DNA of 61,889 nucleotides, the filler included, from a bacterium (GTDB lineage: Bacteria; JBDRGX01): the NCBI GenBank assembly GCA_043817485.1. It is 8 parts of 8 records of this genome, joined end to end, with 100 filler letters (N's around TTAATTAATTAA, not from the genome) between each part and the next. Parts side by side here need not be neighbours in the genome. Positions count along the whole stretch, not along the records: positions 17,747 to 35,599 come from JBDRGX010000003.1; 7 more parts are not named here. One strand, written 5' to 3'. The notes below the pieces were generated by a model that saw nothing but the letters and a program-made list of their open reading frames with translations, was not told the origin of the DNA and did not search any database. The position numbers and the translations under genes are program-made. Shown here in pieces: positions 20,683 through 31,531 of the stretch; the stretch's first letter is position 1; every line of letters begins with the position of its first letter.

Positions 20683-20705
20683 ATATATAATTTTATAACG
20701 ATTTT

Positions 20706-20780
20706 TGGAGCTGGCGAGAGGAGTTGAACCCCCGACCAGGTGATTACAAATCACCTGCTCTACCACTGAGCTACGCCAGC
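20706..20780 (-). tRNA. tRNA-Thr(TGT)
   Basis: GCTGGCGTAGCTCAGTGGTAGAGCAGGTGATTTGTAATCACCTGGTCGGGGGTTCAACTCCTCTCGCCAGCTCCA. Confidence 0.97.
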
Positions 20781-21511
20781 CTTTGCTTTAAAACTTCATA
20801 CATTACAATTGATGCTGCAACTGAAGCATTAAGCGAATCTACTTTTCCTAATAAAGGAATTTTTACTAAAATATCACTATTTTCTTGCGTTAATCTTCTT
20901 AACCCTTTAGCTTCACTTCCTATTACTAAACACAATGGTATTTTAAAATTTTGTTTCCAATAATTAATAGTACCACTTTTTTCAACACCAATTACCCAAA
21001 TATTATTTTTTTTAAGAATTTTGATTGTTTCTGCTATATTAACTACTTGTACTACATTTACATATTCTAAAGCACCAGCAGAAGTTTTTGTTACTGCTTG
21101 TGTTAAAGATACTTGATGTTTTTGAGGCATAATTACTGCATGCGCCCCTACTGCTTCTACTGTTCTTAAAATTGCTCCTAAATTATGTGGATCTTCTATT
21201 TGATCAACCATAATTAAAAAAGGCAATTCATTTTTCTTTTCAATAATATCAAAAACATCTTCTAATAAAACAAATTCTTTAGCACTTACATATGCTATTA
21301 TTCCTTGATGAGAAGCATAATTTGTTTGATTATCTAAAAAATTTTTAGATTGGTATTCTGTATTAATGTTTTTTTCTTTTGTCAATAAAATAATTTTATT
21401 TATACTATCACCTTCTACTCCATCAGATAAAATTATTTTATTAAATTTTCTTTTATTTGCTCTTAAAGCTTCATAAATTGGATTTCTTCCAATTAAAATA
21501 TCTTCTTTCAT
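20771..21511 (-). CDS. rlmB: 23S rRNA Gm2251 methyltransferase
   Basis: GRNPIYEAL, DPHNLGAILRT, GSEAKG, SLNASVA; probable ATG overlaps the cysS stop (ATGA). Confidence 0.93.
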   Translation of the reverse strand: MKEDILIGRNPIYEALRANKRKFNKIILSDGVEGDSINKIILLTKEKNINTEYQSKNFLDNQTNYASHQGIIAYVSAKEFVLLEDVFDIIEKKNELPFLIMVDQIEDPHNLGAILRTVEAVGAHAVIMPQKHQVSLTQAVTKTSAGALEYVNVVQVVNIAETIKILKKNNIWVIGVEKSGTINYWKQNFKIPLCLVIGSEAKGLRRLTQENSDILVKIPLLGKVDSLNASVAASIVMYEVLKQRLA

Positions 21512-22944
21512 TGTTTTCTGCTCCAAATTGTTCCTTGAGAAGTATCCTCTAAAATAATGTTCATTTCTTGAAGTTGTTTTCTAATTTCATCTGCTTGTGC
21601 ATATTTTTTTTCTTTACGAGCATTTTCTCTTTGTTTTATTAATTTTTCTATTTCTTCTGAAATAATTTCTTGTGTAACAATTGCTTGTGAAACAATTTTT
21701 TGTTTAAATTCATAAATTCCAAAAAAATTTGTCCAATTTATTAAAATATTTTTAGCACTATTTAAATAATTCCATTGTTCAATATTATTTATTTTTTGTT
21801 CTCTTTTATCAATATAAAGATTTATTTCTTTTATAAATTCAAAAATAATTCCTATTGCTTTTGCAGCATTAAAATCATCATCCATTATTTCTTCAATTTT
21901 TTTATTAAATTCACTAAATTTATTTTCAAAAACATCTTTTGTTTGTTTAAAAGAAACTAATAAATTGTCTATTCTTTTTATACTATTACTAATTCTTTCT
22001 AAACCATTTTTTGCTTCTTCTAATTTTTCTAAACTAAAATCTAATGGACTTCTATAATGACTTGAAAGAATAAAAAATCTTATTACTTCTTTTTTATATA
22101 AATTTAATACTTGTTTTATTGTGAAAAAATTTCCCAGAGATTTGGACATTTTTTCACCACTAATTTTTACAAAACCATTATGTACCCAATATGAAACAAA
22201 TTTTTTACCTGTAGCTGCTTCTGATTGAGCTATTTCATTTTCATGATGAGGAAAAATTAAATCTTGTCCACCGCCATGAATATCAAAAGTTTCTCCTAAA
22301 TATTTTAAAGATATTGCTGAACATTCGATATGCCAACCAGGACGACCTTTTCCCCAAGGACTTTCCCAAAATATTTCATTTGGCTTTGAAGATTTCCAAA
22401 GAGCAAAATCTAAAGGACTTCTTTTTTTTTCATTTATTTCTATTCTTACACCTGATTGCATTTCTTCTAATGTCCTTTTAGAAAGCATTCCATAATTTTT
22501 AAATTTTTTTACTTCAAAAAAAACATTTCCATCTATATTATAAGCAAAATCTTTTTCAATTAAATTTTTTATTAAATCAATTATTTCTTTCATATGTTCG
22601 GTCACTTTAGGATAAAAACAAGCTTTTTCTATTCCTAAATTTTCTATATCTTTAAAATATTCTTCAATATATTTTTCTGCTATTTCTTTAACACTTTTAT
22701 TTAAAGAATTTGCTTTATTGATAATTTTATCATCTACATCCGTAAAATTAGTAATATATTCTACTTTATATCCTTTATAAATTAAATATTTTTTAATCAT
22801 ATCAAAAACTATTCCTGCTCTTGCGTGTCCTATGTGACAATCATCATAAGGAGTAATTCCACAAACATACATTTTGACAACATCAAATACAATTGGTTTA
22901 AATATTTCTTTTTTTTGTGTAAATGTATTGTAAATTTGCAACAA
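21508..22944 (-). CDS. cysS: Cysteinyl-tRNA synthetase
   Basis: YVCGIT, HIGH, GRPGWHIECS, KMSKS. Confidence 0.97.
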   Translation of the reverse strand: MLQIYNTFTQKKEIFKPIVFDVVKMYVCGITPYDDCHIGHARAGIVFDMIKKYLIYKGYKVEYITNFTDVDDKIINKANSLNKSVKEIAEKYIEEYFKDIENLGIEKACFYPKVTEHMKEIIDLIKNLIEKDFAYNIDGNVFFEVKKFKNYGMLSKRTLEEMQSGVRIEINEKKRSPLDFALWKSSKPNEIFWESPWGKGRPGWHIECSAISLKYLGETFDIHGGGQDLIFPHHENEIAQSEAATGKKFVSYWVHNGFVKISGEKMSKSLGNFFTIKQVLNLYKKEVIRFFILSSHYRSPLDFSLEKLEEAKNGLERISNSIKRIDNLLVSFKQTKDVFENKFSEFNKKIEEIMDDDFNAAKAIGIIFEFIKEINLYIDKREQKINNIEQWNYLNSAKNILINWTNFFGIYEFKQKIVSQAIVTQEIISEEIEKLIKQRENARKEKKYAQADEIRKQLQEMNIILEDTSQGTIWSRKQ

Positions 22945-23020
22945 TATAATTCTCCTATAACAGATTTTCTAATTTAAAATCTCATATTGTTTTACTTTTT
23001 ATATGGTAAAATTGTATGGT

Positions 23021-23047
23021 AAACCGATGATTTAAATCATCGGTTCA
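23021..23047. repeat. Palindromic REP (family R2)
   Basis: AACCGATGATTTAAATCATCGGTT, a compensatory variant of AACCGACGATTTAAATCGTCGGTT. Confidence 0.8.
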
Positions 23048-23136
23048 ATATAAATGATCTCAACTTTTAACTGTGTTGGTTTTGTCACGGCTCAATATAT
23101 AATCATAATCAAGTAAGTCAAAATTTTTAAATTTCT

Positions 23137-23216
23137 TATCCCCTGTTAACGGATATGTCCGTTAGAGGACATTAGGTGAAAATTCTTCATTCTGTATTTT
23201 GACTTCCTGTATTCAT
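23137..23216 (-). repeat. Degenerate R1 REP plus heptamer ladder
   Basis: TGTCCGTTAGAGGACA core and CATTCTGTATTTTGACTTCCTGTATTC, similar to the reverse complement of 12406-12494. Confidence 0.65.
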
Positions 23217-23227
23217 AATTTGTTTTA

Positions 23228-24583
23228 TTATTCAAAAAATGCTTTATATAAAGCATTTACAGCCATTTCTGCATCATTTTCTTTAATTCCAAAAATCATA
23301 CTTATTTCAGATGCTCCTTGAGAAATCATTTCAATATTAACTTTAACTTTTGCAAGATTATATGTTGCCCGAAATGCCATACCTGGAATATGTTTCATTC
23401 CTTCCCCAACTACAGAAATTAAAGCAATATTATGTTCTAAAGAAACTGTATCTGGATTAAGTTTTTCAAAAATTTCTTTTTTAATTTCTTCAAACAATTC
23501 TTTTGATATTTGCTTTTGTTTTAAAACAACAGAAATATTATCAACACCAGAAGGTGTATGTTCATAAGAAAGATTTTTTTCTTCTAAAATTTGTAAAAGC
23601 TTTCTTCCAAATCCTTTTTCTTTATTCATTAAATATTTTTCTACATTAATACTACAAAATCCTTTACTACAAGCAATTCCGACTATTTTGCCAGATTCTA
23701 ATTTTCTATCAGGAACAACAAAAGTACCTTCATAAAAAGAATTATTTGTATTTTTAATTTCAACGGGAATATTTTTTTTCATTACAGGATACATTGCCTC
23801 ATCATGAAATACTGTAAATCCAGCACAAGAAAGTTCTCTTAATTCTCTATAAGTAATTTCTTTAATTTGAACAGGATTTTTAATAATATAAGGATCTACT
23901 GCAAAAAGACCATCTACATCAGTAAAATTTTCATAAAGTTCTGCATCAACAACATTGGCTAAAATAGAGCCCGTTAAATCAGAACCACCACGAGAAAAAG
24001 TAGCAATTTCTCCTTTTTGAGTATATCCATAAAAACCCGGGAAAACAACTATTTCTTCTATCCCTTTTAAACAAGATAAAGCAATATAAGAAGATTCTAA
24101 AATATTTGCATTTCCAAAATTTTCATCAACTAATAAACCAACTTCTCGAGGATCAACAAATTTACATTTATGTCCTAAATTATTTAAATAATCAGCAAGT
24201 ATTTTGGCACTATATTCTTCTCCTAATGCTTTAATAGAATCTAAATATTTTTTTTCATCAACAAAAAATGTTTTCAATCTTTTAATTAAATCATTTTCAG
24301 CTTCGTAAGCTAATTTAGTATCTATGTTAAGTCCTAAACATATATTTAAAAATCTTTCTTTTATTTGATCAACACAAAAAGAAATTGTATTTTTTTGTAA
24401 ATAATCATTAGCACATTTAATTAAAAGATCTGTAATTTTTTCTTCATTTTTATTTATTTTTCCCGGAGCAGAAACAACTATTATTTTTCTTTTTTTATCT
24501 TGTAAAATAATTTCTGCAACTTTTTTTATTTGTTCACTATTAGCAACAGATGAACCACCAAATTTACAAACTTTTATCCCCAT
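23228..24583 (-). CDS. lysC: Aspartate kinase
   Basis: KFGGSS, VVSAPGK, TFSRGGSD, TDVDG, two ACT domains. Confidence 0.9.
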   Translation of the reverse strand: MGIKVCKFGGSSVANSEQIKKVAEIILQDKKRKIIVVSAPGKINKNEEKITDLLIKCANDYLQKNTISFCVDQIKERFLNICLGLNIDTKLAYEAENDLIKRLKTFFVDEKKYLDSIKALGEEYSAKILADYLNNLGHKCKFVDPREVGLLVDENFGNANILESSYIALSCLKGIEEIVVFPGFYGYTQKGEIATFSRGGSDLTGSILANVVDAELYENFTDVDGLFAVDPYIIKNPVQIKEITYRELRELSCAGFTVFHDEAMYPVMKKNIPVEIKNTNNSFYEGTFVVPDRKLESGKIVGIACSKGFCSINVEKYLMNKEKGFGRKLLQILEEKNLSYEHTPSGVDNISVVLKQKQISKELFEEIKKEIFEKLNPDTVSLEHNIALISVVGEGMKHIPGMAFRATYNLAKVKVNIEMISQGASEISMIFGIKENDAEMAVNALYKAFFE

Positions 24584-24594
24584 TTTATTCTCTC

Positions 24595-26370
24595 CTAAAA
24601 ATCCATTGCATCATAAATAGATTTATTTAAACCAAAACATTGTTTATCTAAAGAATGTTTACTCATAATAACTTGTGCTTTTAAAAGAGATTGCATTTCT
24701 TCTAAAGAACGATAATTAAATGGATTTAATTCTAATAATCTTTTTTTTGAAATCCCTTCTACTTCTATTGGCATTAAAACTTTATTTCCCCAAATAGGAT
24801 GTGATTCATATTTAACCGCTCCTCTTGCTGCTTGAAGTAAAAAAAGTTCTGTTTCTTCAATAGAAGGACTTTCTCCTCCTATTGGTTTATTTTTGCCATT
24901 TACTTCAATGAATTTAACTTTAGGAAAATTTATTTCATTTTCTCCTATTTTTTTTTGGTCCCATTCATATTCTGCTCCAATTCTTCCAGTAGTATTAATT
25001 TGATATACTTCTATTGGATTATTTGTTTCTTTTCGTTTTACCAAAAATTGATGAAATCTATTTACATGAGCACTACACCCAACTCCTATAGTAAAAGGTA
25101 AACAATATCTACTTTCATATTTTTCTTCACCTACACCTTTACTTCCTTGAGATGGATGTCCAATAGTTCTACCATCTGCTAAAACTTTAGCTGCAAAATT
25201 CATATCATTTATTTTTAACCAAGCAAAATCAGAAATATATCCCTGACTAATAAATACAGCCATATTAAGAGGTTCTGTAGAATTGACATTACCATCATAA
25301 TAACCTGTATCATTAAGATAAAAAACTGTTCGTGCATTTCTATTAAGTTTATTATGATATTGATACAACTTACCTTTAAAACTTACATCTCCATTTTCAT
25401 CAAATTCAGTGTTTTCATGAAGTGCTCTTTTAGCCATTCCAGCAGTAAACATAGCAATTTGAGTTTCATTAACATCTTCTGTTTTTGACCAAGCACCTCT
25501 TTCTGGAGATTCTACTCTATCTTCAAAAATTCCAATAATATCATCATTTTTTATTACTTGATCAGAAACTAAATCCAAAACATTTATTCCAAATTTATCT
25601 TTATAAATAGATTCTGTTTTTTCATTAAATATATACATTCCATGTGTTGATTTTCCACTACCTGATAATCCCCAAGTACCCATTACTATTCTTTTTTTCT
25701 TGTTATCAATTTTTTTTACTGTAAATTCTTTTAAAGAAGCATGTTCACCAGTACCACCTTTTTTATAAACATTGTAAATCCAATGAGAAAGAAATCCTTT
25801 TTTACATTCTCCTTGATACGAAGAACAAGTAATGATTGTATAATTATAATGAGGAAATCTAATTATTTTAAGCATTTCTGAAGTATTTGAAATAATTGGA
25901 TTTTCTAAATAATGAGGAATGCAAAAAATAGTAGCATCTGGTTCTCCTTCAAAGGTTCCATTAAAATTTAATTCTTTCCATCTATAAGCAATGTCTGGAA
26001 ATTGTGGATCTATATATAAACGAGCTTTCATTTCTGAATAAGAATCTGGTTGTCCTAAATTAGCATCAACTTGAATTAAAGGTCTACAAAGAATTTGTTC
26101 TAAAACAGTATTCATTAATTCTTTGCATTCAGAAGTTAAATCTTCTTCTTTATCTATTACCAAAGAACCCGCAGCACTTCTACTCCAAATATTTGATGCC
26201 CAACCATAAGAACCATTTTTATATTGAATCCCATATAATTTAGCCCTATCTAATAAATCTTTTGGATTATTAATAATAGAAATAATTCCCGCATTATTTT
26301 TTATTTCTATTATTTTTTTAAAAATATTTAAAAAATTAGATATCGTAATTTCTTCTTTTTTAATTAACAC
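24595..26370 (-). CDS. Divergent phosphoenolpyruvate carboxykinase (ATP)-like protein
   Basis: YQGECKKG, EHAS, GLSGSGKST, NDD, ERGAWSKT, NART, INTTG; probable GTG start after AGGAG. Confidence 0.7.
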   Translation of the reverse strand: MLIKKEEITISNFLNIFKKIIEIKNNAGIISIINNPKDLLDRAKLYGIQYKNGSYGWASNIWSRSAAGSLVIDKEEDLTSECKELMNTVLEQILCRPLIQVDANLGQPDSYSEMKARLYIDPQFPDIAYRWKELNFNGTFEGEPDATIFCIPHYLENPIISNTSEMLKIIRFPHYNYTIITCSSYQGECKKGFLSHWIYNVYKKGGTGEHASLKEFTVKKIDNKKKRIVMGTWGLSGSGKSTHGMYIFNEKTESIYKDKFGINVLDLVSDQVIKNDDIIGIFEDRVESPERGAWSKTEDVNETQIAMFTAGMAKRALHENTEFDENGDVSFKGKLYQYHNKLNRNARTVFYLNDTGYYDGNVNSTEPLNMAVFISQGYISDFAWLKINDMNFAAKVLADGRTIGHPSQGSKGVGEEKYESRYCLPFTIGVGCSAHVNRFHQFLVKRKETNNPIEVYQINTTGRIGAEYEWDQKKIGENEINFPKVKFIEVNGKNKPIGGESPSIEETELFLLQAARGAVKYESHPIWGNKVLMPIEVEGISKKRLLELNPFNYRSLEEMQSLLKAQVIMSKHSLDKQCFGLNKSIYDAMDF

Positions 26371-26459
26371 TTTTTTCTCCTTATTTATGTTTTGTAAGTT
26401 TATAAAAATACAAATATAGATTATCATATTTTTGCAATTATAAACCAGTTATATTTTTT

Positions 26460-27623
26460 TTAAAATTCTTCTCCAAATTTTAATTTGTAAATTTCTTGAT
26501 AAAATTCCATTGTTTCATTAAAACATTTATCCCAACTAAATTTTTCAGCTTGTACAAAACCTTTTTGAATTAACTCTTTTCTAAATTCAGAATTATTTAA
26601 TATTTTTATCTGATCCACAAAAGCACTTACAGATAATTCTTTAACTAATAAAGCTGCATCTCCAACAACTTCTGGAATAGAAGAAAGATTTGTGCTAACA
26701 ACAGGACATCCAGATTTCATTGCTTCCAAAATTGGAAGTCCAAAACCTTCATAACTTGATGGATAAAGCAGACAAAAGGCGTTATTATATAAAATGTTTA
26801 ACATCTTGCTATCAATATTGCAAACATGAAATACTCTATCTTGTATTGATTTCAATAATTTCTTTTCTATATTATCAAATACTTTACCAATAACTACTAA
26901 ACAATATTCATTTAAACTTTTTAATATATCAATTGCTATCTTAAAATTTTCATGACTATCTCTACTCCCAATAAATAACATATATTTTTTTCCTACAATT
27001 TCTTTAAACGAATTTTTTAATTCATCAAAAGCACAATTTAATGCAAAAAACTCATTACCTGCACTAAGATAAATAACTTTGATTCTTGATTCATTTATAT
27101 ATGGATAAAATTTCAATAGATCCTTTTTTGTATTTTCAGATATACAAATTATTCCATCAGAATGTTTAAAAGAAAAACCTTTTTGCCAAGAGTGAAGATA
27201 TTTTGCAAATCCTTTTCTAAAATACTCGTATGTAAAATCATAAACAGTTGTAAATTTTACAATATCTTTTTGCAAAGATACTCTATAATAGCTTGAATGA
27301 AAAATATTTTTTGAAGGAATTTTAACACTTAAAGGCAAATATCTTAAAAAATATTTAGGTAACTTTTCTGCAATTATTTTCATTTTTTCATTATCAATAT
27401 TTTTTTGTAATATATTTCTTCGAAATATATTATTTAACGCCTTATCAGAAGACTCAAAACAAACAATATTTTGTAATTTTGTTACTTGTAATCTTTTTAA
27501 AATTTCACTCCAATATAAAGAAATCCCACCTATTTTTTGAAGCGAAAATATAATATTATCAAAATAGAATTTTAACACTTTTAATCCTTTCAAAAAAAAA
27601 GTAATTTTTTTACAAATTGTCAT
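26460..27623 (-). CDS. Family 4 glycosyltransferase
   Basis: GGISLYW, YPSSYEGFGLPILEAMKSGCPV. Confidence 0.9.
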   Translation of the reverse strand: MTICKKITFFLKGLKVLKFYFDNIIFSLQKIGGISLYWSEILKRLQVTKLQNIVCFESSDKALNNIFRRNILQKNIDNEKMKIIAEKLPKYFLRYLPLSVKIPSKNIFHSSYYRVSLQKDIVKFTTVYDFTYEYFRKGFAKYLHSWQKGFSFKHSDGIICISENTKKDLLKFYPYINESRIKVIYLSAGNEFFALNCAFDELKNSFKEIVGKKYMLFIGSRDSHENFKIAIDILKSLNEYCLVVIGKVFDNIEKKLLKSIQDRVFHVCNIDSKMLNILYNNAFCLLYPSSYEGFGLPILEAMKSGCPVVSTNLSSIPEVVGDAALLVKELSVSAFVDQIKILNNSEFRKELIQKGFVQAEKFSWDKCFNETMEFYQEIYKLKFGEEF

Positions 27624-27695
27624 TTTTGAAAATAAAGTTTTTCCCCAATTTTTTAGAAATGCTTTTTTATTAGTTAATATAATAGTGTATTAAAT

Positions 27696-28949
27696 TCATT
27701 TATTAACTGTTAAATAATCACTACCAATTTTTCCATAAGTAAAATAATATAACCAAATAAAGAAAAAAAATCCATTGTAAAAATAATGACCTTCTCTTAT
27801 AAGTTTTACTAATAATAAACTCAACACTGCATTACTTATTATCCATAAAAAAGAATCTTTTTTACGAGAAATATAAAATTTAAATATAAAAAAGAAAAGT
27901 ATTCCCATGCCTACTAATCCCAATTCAGAAACAATTCTTAAAAATAAAGAATTAGCATCAGCGGCATTAATAAATATTATTTCTTTTATTTCTTCTTTAT
28001 TAATATCTACAAACTTGCTGATATATTTTTCATACGAAATCGGATGACTTCCTATCCCAGAACCAAATAATGGATTTTTAATAAAGCTTTGATATGCTAC
28101 TAATGTATTACTTGCAAATGCAAAAACACTTAAATTCAAATTTTCTAAACCAAAACCTGTGGTAAAAACAGAAAATAAACCACTGAATCTTTCTTTTATT
28201 TCTGGAACATTAACAGAAATACTTATTAGTAAAACAAAAAGCAACATAAATGTAATAACATATTTAGAATTTTTTAAATTAAATAAAATCATTATTAAAC
28301 AAAGTAAAAAACCTATATATGCTAATGAAGAAAAAGTTAAAAGTACGCTTATTATTATTATTAAATTTTTAAAATTATTTATAAATAATTTTTTAAATGT
28401 TATTAAATTAACCATACTTATAAAAACTGCTGGCATCATAGATATAGCAAACTGAGAAGGTTCAGAAACAATACCACTTACTCTTAACAAACCAAAATCT
28501 GTTGAATCTAATCTATATTTAGAGATAAAAAAAGAAAAATCATATCCATATTTAAAACCTATTAAATAATTTATTTCTTGGAAAATAGCAATTAAAGCCA
28601 TTATAAAAGAAATATTTAAATATATTTTGAATAATTTTACTACATTATTTTCATTAATTTTAAATAGCATATAAAAACCAATTCCTGTTATTAGAATCCC
28701 AAAAAATTGTTTTATATATAAAAAAAATGTGTTATTTCCTTTGTAAATATTTATAATTGACAATAAAGAAATTATTAGCAATATTCGAATAAATGTTTTA
28801 TTAATAAAAATACTTTTATACATCATACAATATATTAAAAAAAAGAATATAATAATATAACTAAAATAAAACTCAAATGGATATGTAAATAAAACAAATC
28901 CACCTAAAAAAGTATTTAATATCATTATATAATTTAAAATTTTTTTCAT
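27696..28949 (-). CDS. wzy: O-antigen polymerase/ligase-family membrane protein
   Basis: Many TM helices; RVSGIVSEPS and NPLFGSGIG; next to flippase. Confidence 0.7.
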   Translation of the reverse strand: MKKILNYIMILNTFLGGFVLFTYPFEFYFSYIIIFFFLIYCMMYKSIFINKTFIRILLIISLLSIINIYKGNNTFFLYIKQFFGILITGIGFYMLFKINENNVVKLFKIYLNISFIMALIAIFQEINYLIGFKYGYDFSFFISKYRLDSTDFGLLRVSGIVSEPSQFAISMMPAVFISMVNLITFKKLFINNFKNLIIIISVLLTFSSLAYIGFLLCLIMILFNLKNSKYVITFMLLFVLLISISVNVPEIKERFSGLFSVFTTGFGLENLNLSVFAFASNTLVAYQSFIKNPLFGSGIGSHPISYEKYISKFVDINKEEIKEIIFINAADANSLFLRIVSELGLVGMGILFFFIFKFYISRKKDSFLWIISNAVLSLLLVKLIREGHYFYNGFFFFIWLYYFTYGKIGSDYLTVNK

Positions 28950-29128
28950 TTTCTACCTATTTTTTGTCTCAAACAAAATACCTTTTCTACACAATTTTAA
29001 CTATTTGCTTTTTCATCTATAAGGACACACTTTTATGATTATTCAATTATTTCCACAATTACTGATTTATTTCAATTTTTTTGTTTTTAGTCATCAATTA
29101 AACTTATTAACAAATATTTCTAAATTAT

Positions 29129-30490
29129 CTAATTAAATTTTTTTTGATTAAATATTTTTTTTATAAATAAAAATAACAATATAGTATGTATAAAATAAGC
29201 AATAAATCTGGAAGTTACTAATCCCATCCCTCCAAATTTAATCAAAAAAATAGTTAATCCTATAAAAATTAAACTCCATCCTAAATTTATTACAAGCCCT
29301 GACCATAAACTACCTGAAGCAGTAATTAAATCAGCGCATGGAGAATGTATTGCTACTAATGCAGATGTAAATAAAACAACTATAAGAACAGGCCAACTAT
29401 TAGAAAATCCTTCACCATAACAACTCATAATCATTGGACTTAAAAAAGATAAAATTAAAACTAAAAAAATAGATATTATTGCATTTATTTTTACTGATAA
29501 ACTAAAAAGTTTAGAAGCATCAACTTTATTTTTTTTCCCTATATAATCAGATAAAATTGGTAAAGTAACTTGACTTACTACTCTTGGTAAAAATATTAAA
29601 ACTAAAAACCACTGATTTGCTGCATTAAAAATTCCCAGTTCAGCATAACCTACTTTATTAATTAAAATTGTATTACATGTCCAATTTGCTAAAGTTATCA
29701 TCAAACCAGTCAAAACTACAGGTAAACTAAAATTTATTAAAATCTTCCAATCTTCTTTAATTATAGGAGATAAAAAAGAAATGTTATTTTTTTTAATTTC
29801 TTTTTGTAAAAAAATATAATTCAACAAAGCATTAAAACCTGCACTTAATGCTAATCCTAAAACTGCACCATTAAGTTTTCCAAAATAAGTACATATAATC
29901 AATAAAAAAAAACTACATATTCCTCCCAATAAATTAACATTGGTAATAGATCTAAATGCTTCTAATCCTACAAGAATTCCAGTTTGCACTGCGTTCCAAG
30001 ATATTAACAAAAATAAAAAAGCACTTATTTGTAAAGCAGTTTTTAAATGTGGTGCTACAAGTATTTTTGCAGCAAGAAATGGAGATAATAAAAAAAGTAT
30101 TGTAGATAAAATAAAACTTATTATTAGTACTACAATATTAGAAAGTAATATAATTCTACCTGTTTTTTCTAAAGATGTTGTTTTAAATTCTGCTACATAT
30201 TTTGCAGTAGTTAAACCCATTCCAAATTCAGCAAAAATTTGAAATGTAGCAATAGTGCTTTGAACAATTGCTAATTGTCCAAATATTTCTTTTTTAAGTA
30301 ATCGTGCAATAAAAATCATAGATATTAAAATTGCTCCACGAGAAACTAACATTCCAATTAAATTCCAAAACATACCACTAGCAAATCGATAACCAATTGA
30401 AGAAATTTTAATACGATTTATTAATGTTTGAATTTGTTTTGGAAATAATTGTTCAACTTTTTTGTATATAAAAAATATATATTTATCCAT
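29129..30490 (-). CDS. wzx: Polysaccharide flippase
   Basis: MOP-family pattern ARLLKKEIFG, EFGMG, about 12 TM helices. Confidence 0.85.
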   Translation of the reverse strand: MDKYIFFIYKKVEQLFPKQIQTLINRIKISSIGYRFASGMFWNLIGMLVSRGAILISMIFIARLLKKEIFGQLAIVQSTIATFQIFAEFGMGLTTAKYVAEFKTTSLEKTGRIILLSNIVVLIISFILSTILFLLSPFLAAKILVAPHLKTALQISAFLFLLISWNAVQTGILVGLEAFRSITNVNLLGGICSFFLLIICTYFGKLNGAVLGLALSAGFNALLNYIFLQKEIKKNNISFLSPIIKEDWKILINFSLPVVLTGLMITLANWTCNTILINKVGYAELGIFNAANQWFLVLIFLPRVVSQVTLPILSDYIGKKNKVDASKLFSLSVKINAIISIFLVLILSFLSPMIMSCYGEGFSNSWPVLIVVLFTSALVAIHSPCADLITASGSLWSGLVINLGWSLIFIGLTIFLIKFGGMGLVTSRFIAYFIHTILLFLFIKKIFNQKKFN

Positions 30491-30492
30491 TT

Positions 30493-31398
30493 TTAAAAAA
30501 TATCTTCTGGGATATAAATAACTTCCCTTTTTAATTTAATATTAAATTTTTCCAAAACTACTTTTTGAATATGAGAAATTAAAAATTTTACATCACAATC
30601 TGTAGCATTCCCTAAATTAACAATCCAATTAGCATGTTTTAAAGAAATTTGTGCATCTCCTATTTGCATTCCTTTTAATCCAGCTTGCTCTATATACCAT
30701 GCTGCAGAATGACAATCATTGCAAGGATTTTTAAAAACTGAACCACAATTTTTTTTTATTTCAGGTTGTTTAATTTTTCTTTGCAAAAGAATTTCTTTTA
30801 CTTTTTTTTTCAAATCTTTTATTTTTGCTTTATTTTTAAAACTCCATTCTGCCCCTAATATAATTTCTCCTTTTTCAGCAACATTAGAAAATCTATAAAA
30901 AAATTCAATGTTGTCTTTTTTAATATTTTTTATTTCTAATTGAGAAGTAAGAACTTTAACAGAAATTATATTATCCTTAATTTCTCCTTCAATTGTTCCA
31001 GCATTCATTTTTACAGCACCACCAATTGTTCCCGGAATACCACACATAAATTCAAACCCTTCGAAACCTTTATTAATTAAATAATTTCCTAATCGAGAAA
31101 TTTTAACTGCTGATCCAACAATAACTTTTTCTTTTTCTATTTTTATTTTATCAAAATCTTTACCTAATTTAATAACAAGTCCTAAAAAATCTTTATCAGA
31201 AATAATAATATTAGAACCAGCGCCTATTAAAAAATATAAAAGGTTATTATTTTTAGCCCAAATTAAAGCATTTAATAAATCTTCTATTTTATCTGCTATA
31301 AAAAAATATTTTGCTAAACCACCAATATGATAAGTTGTAAATTTTTTTAACAAAACATTTTTTTTGAAATTTAATTTACTTTTATTTAACTCTTCCAT
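30493..31398 (-). CDS. murB: UDP-N-acetylenolpyruvoylglucosamine reductase
   Basis: TTYHIGG, IGAGSN, GIPGTIGGAVKMNAG, GSVFKNP, KHANWIVN. Confidence 0.9.
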   Translation of the reverse strand: MEELNKSKLNFKKNVLLKKFTTYHIGGLAKYFFIADKIEDLLNALIWAKNNNLLYFLIGAGSNIIISDKDFLGLVIKLGKDFDKIKIEKEKVIVGSAVKISRLGNYLINKGFEGFEFMCGIPGTIGGAVKMNAGTIEGEIKDNIISVKVLTSQLEIKNIKKDNIEFFYRFSNVAEKGEIILGAEWSFKNKAKIKDLKKKVKEILLQRKIKQPEIKKNCGSVFKNPCNDCHSAAWYIEQAGLKGMQIGDAQISLKHANWIVNLGNATDCDVKFLISHIQKVVLEKFNIKLKREVIYIPEDIF

Positions 31399-31531
31399 TT
31401 TTATTTCTTTAATAATATTTTTTATTTCACAAAATATTCTTTTAAATAATTTTTTCTATAACAATATTTGTGATCATTTTTTTAACCAATTTTTTTACAA
31501 CAAAGCCAAATAACAAAAATTACATAAAAAA

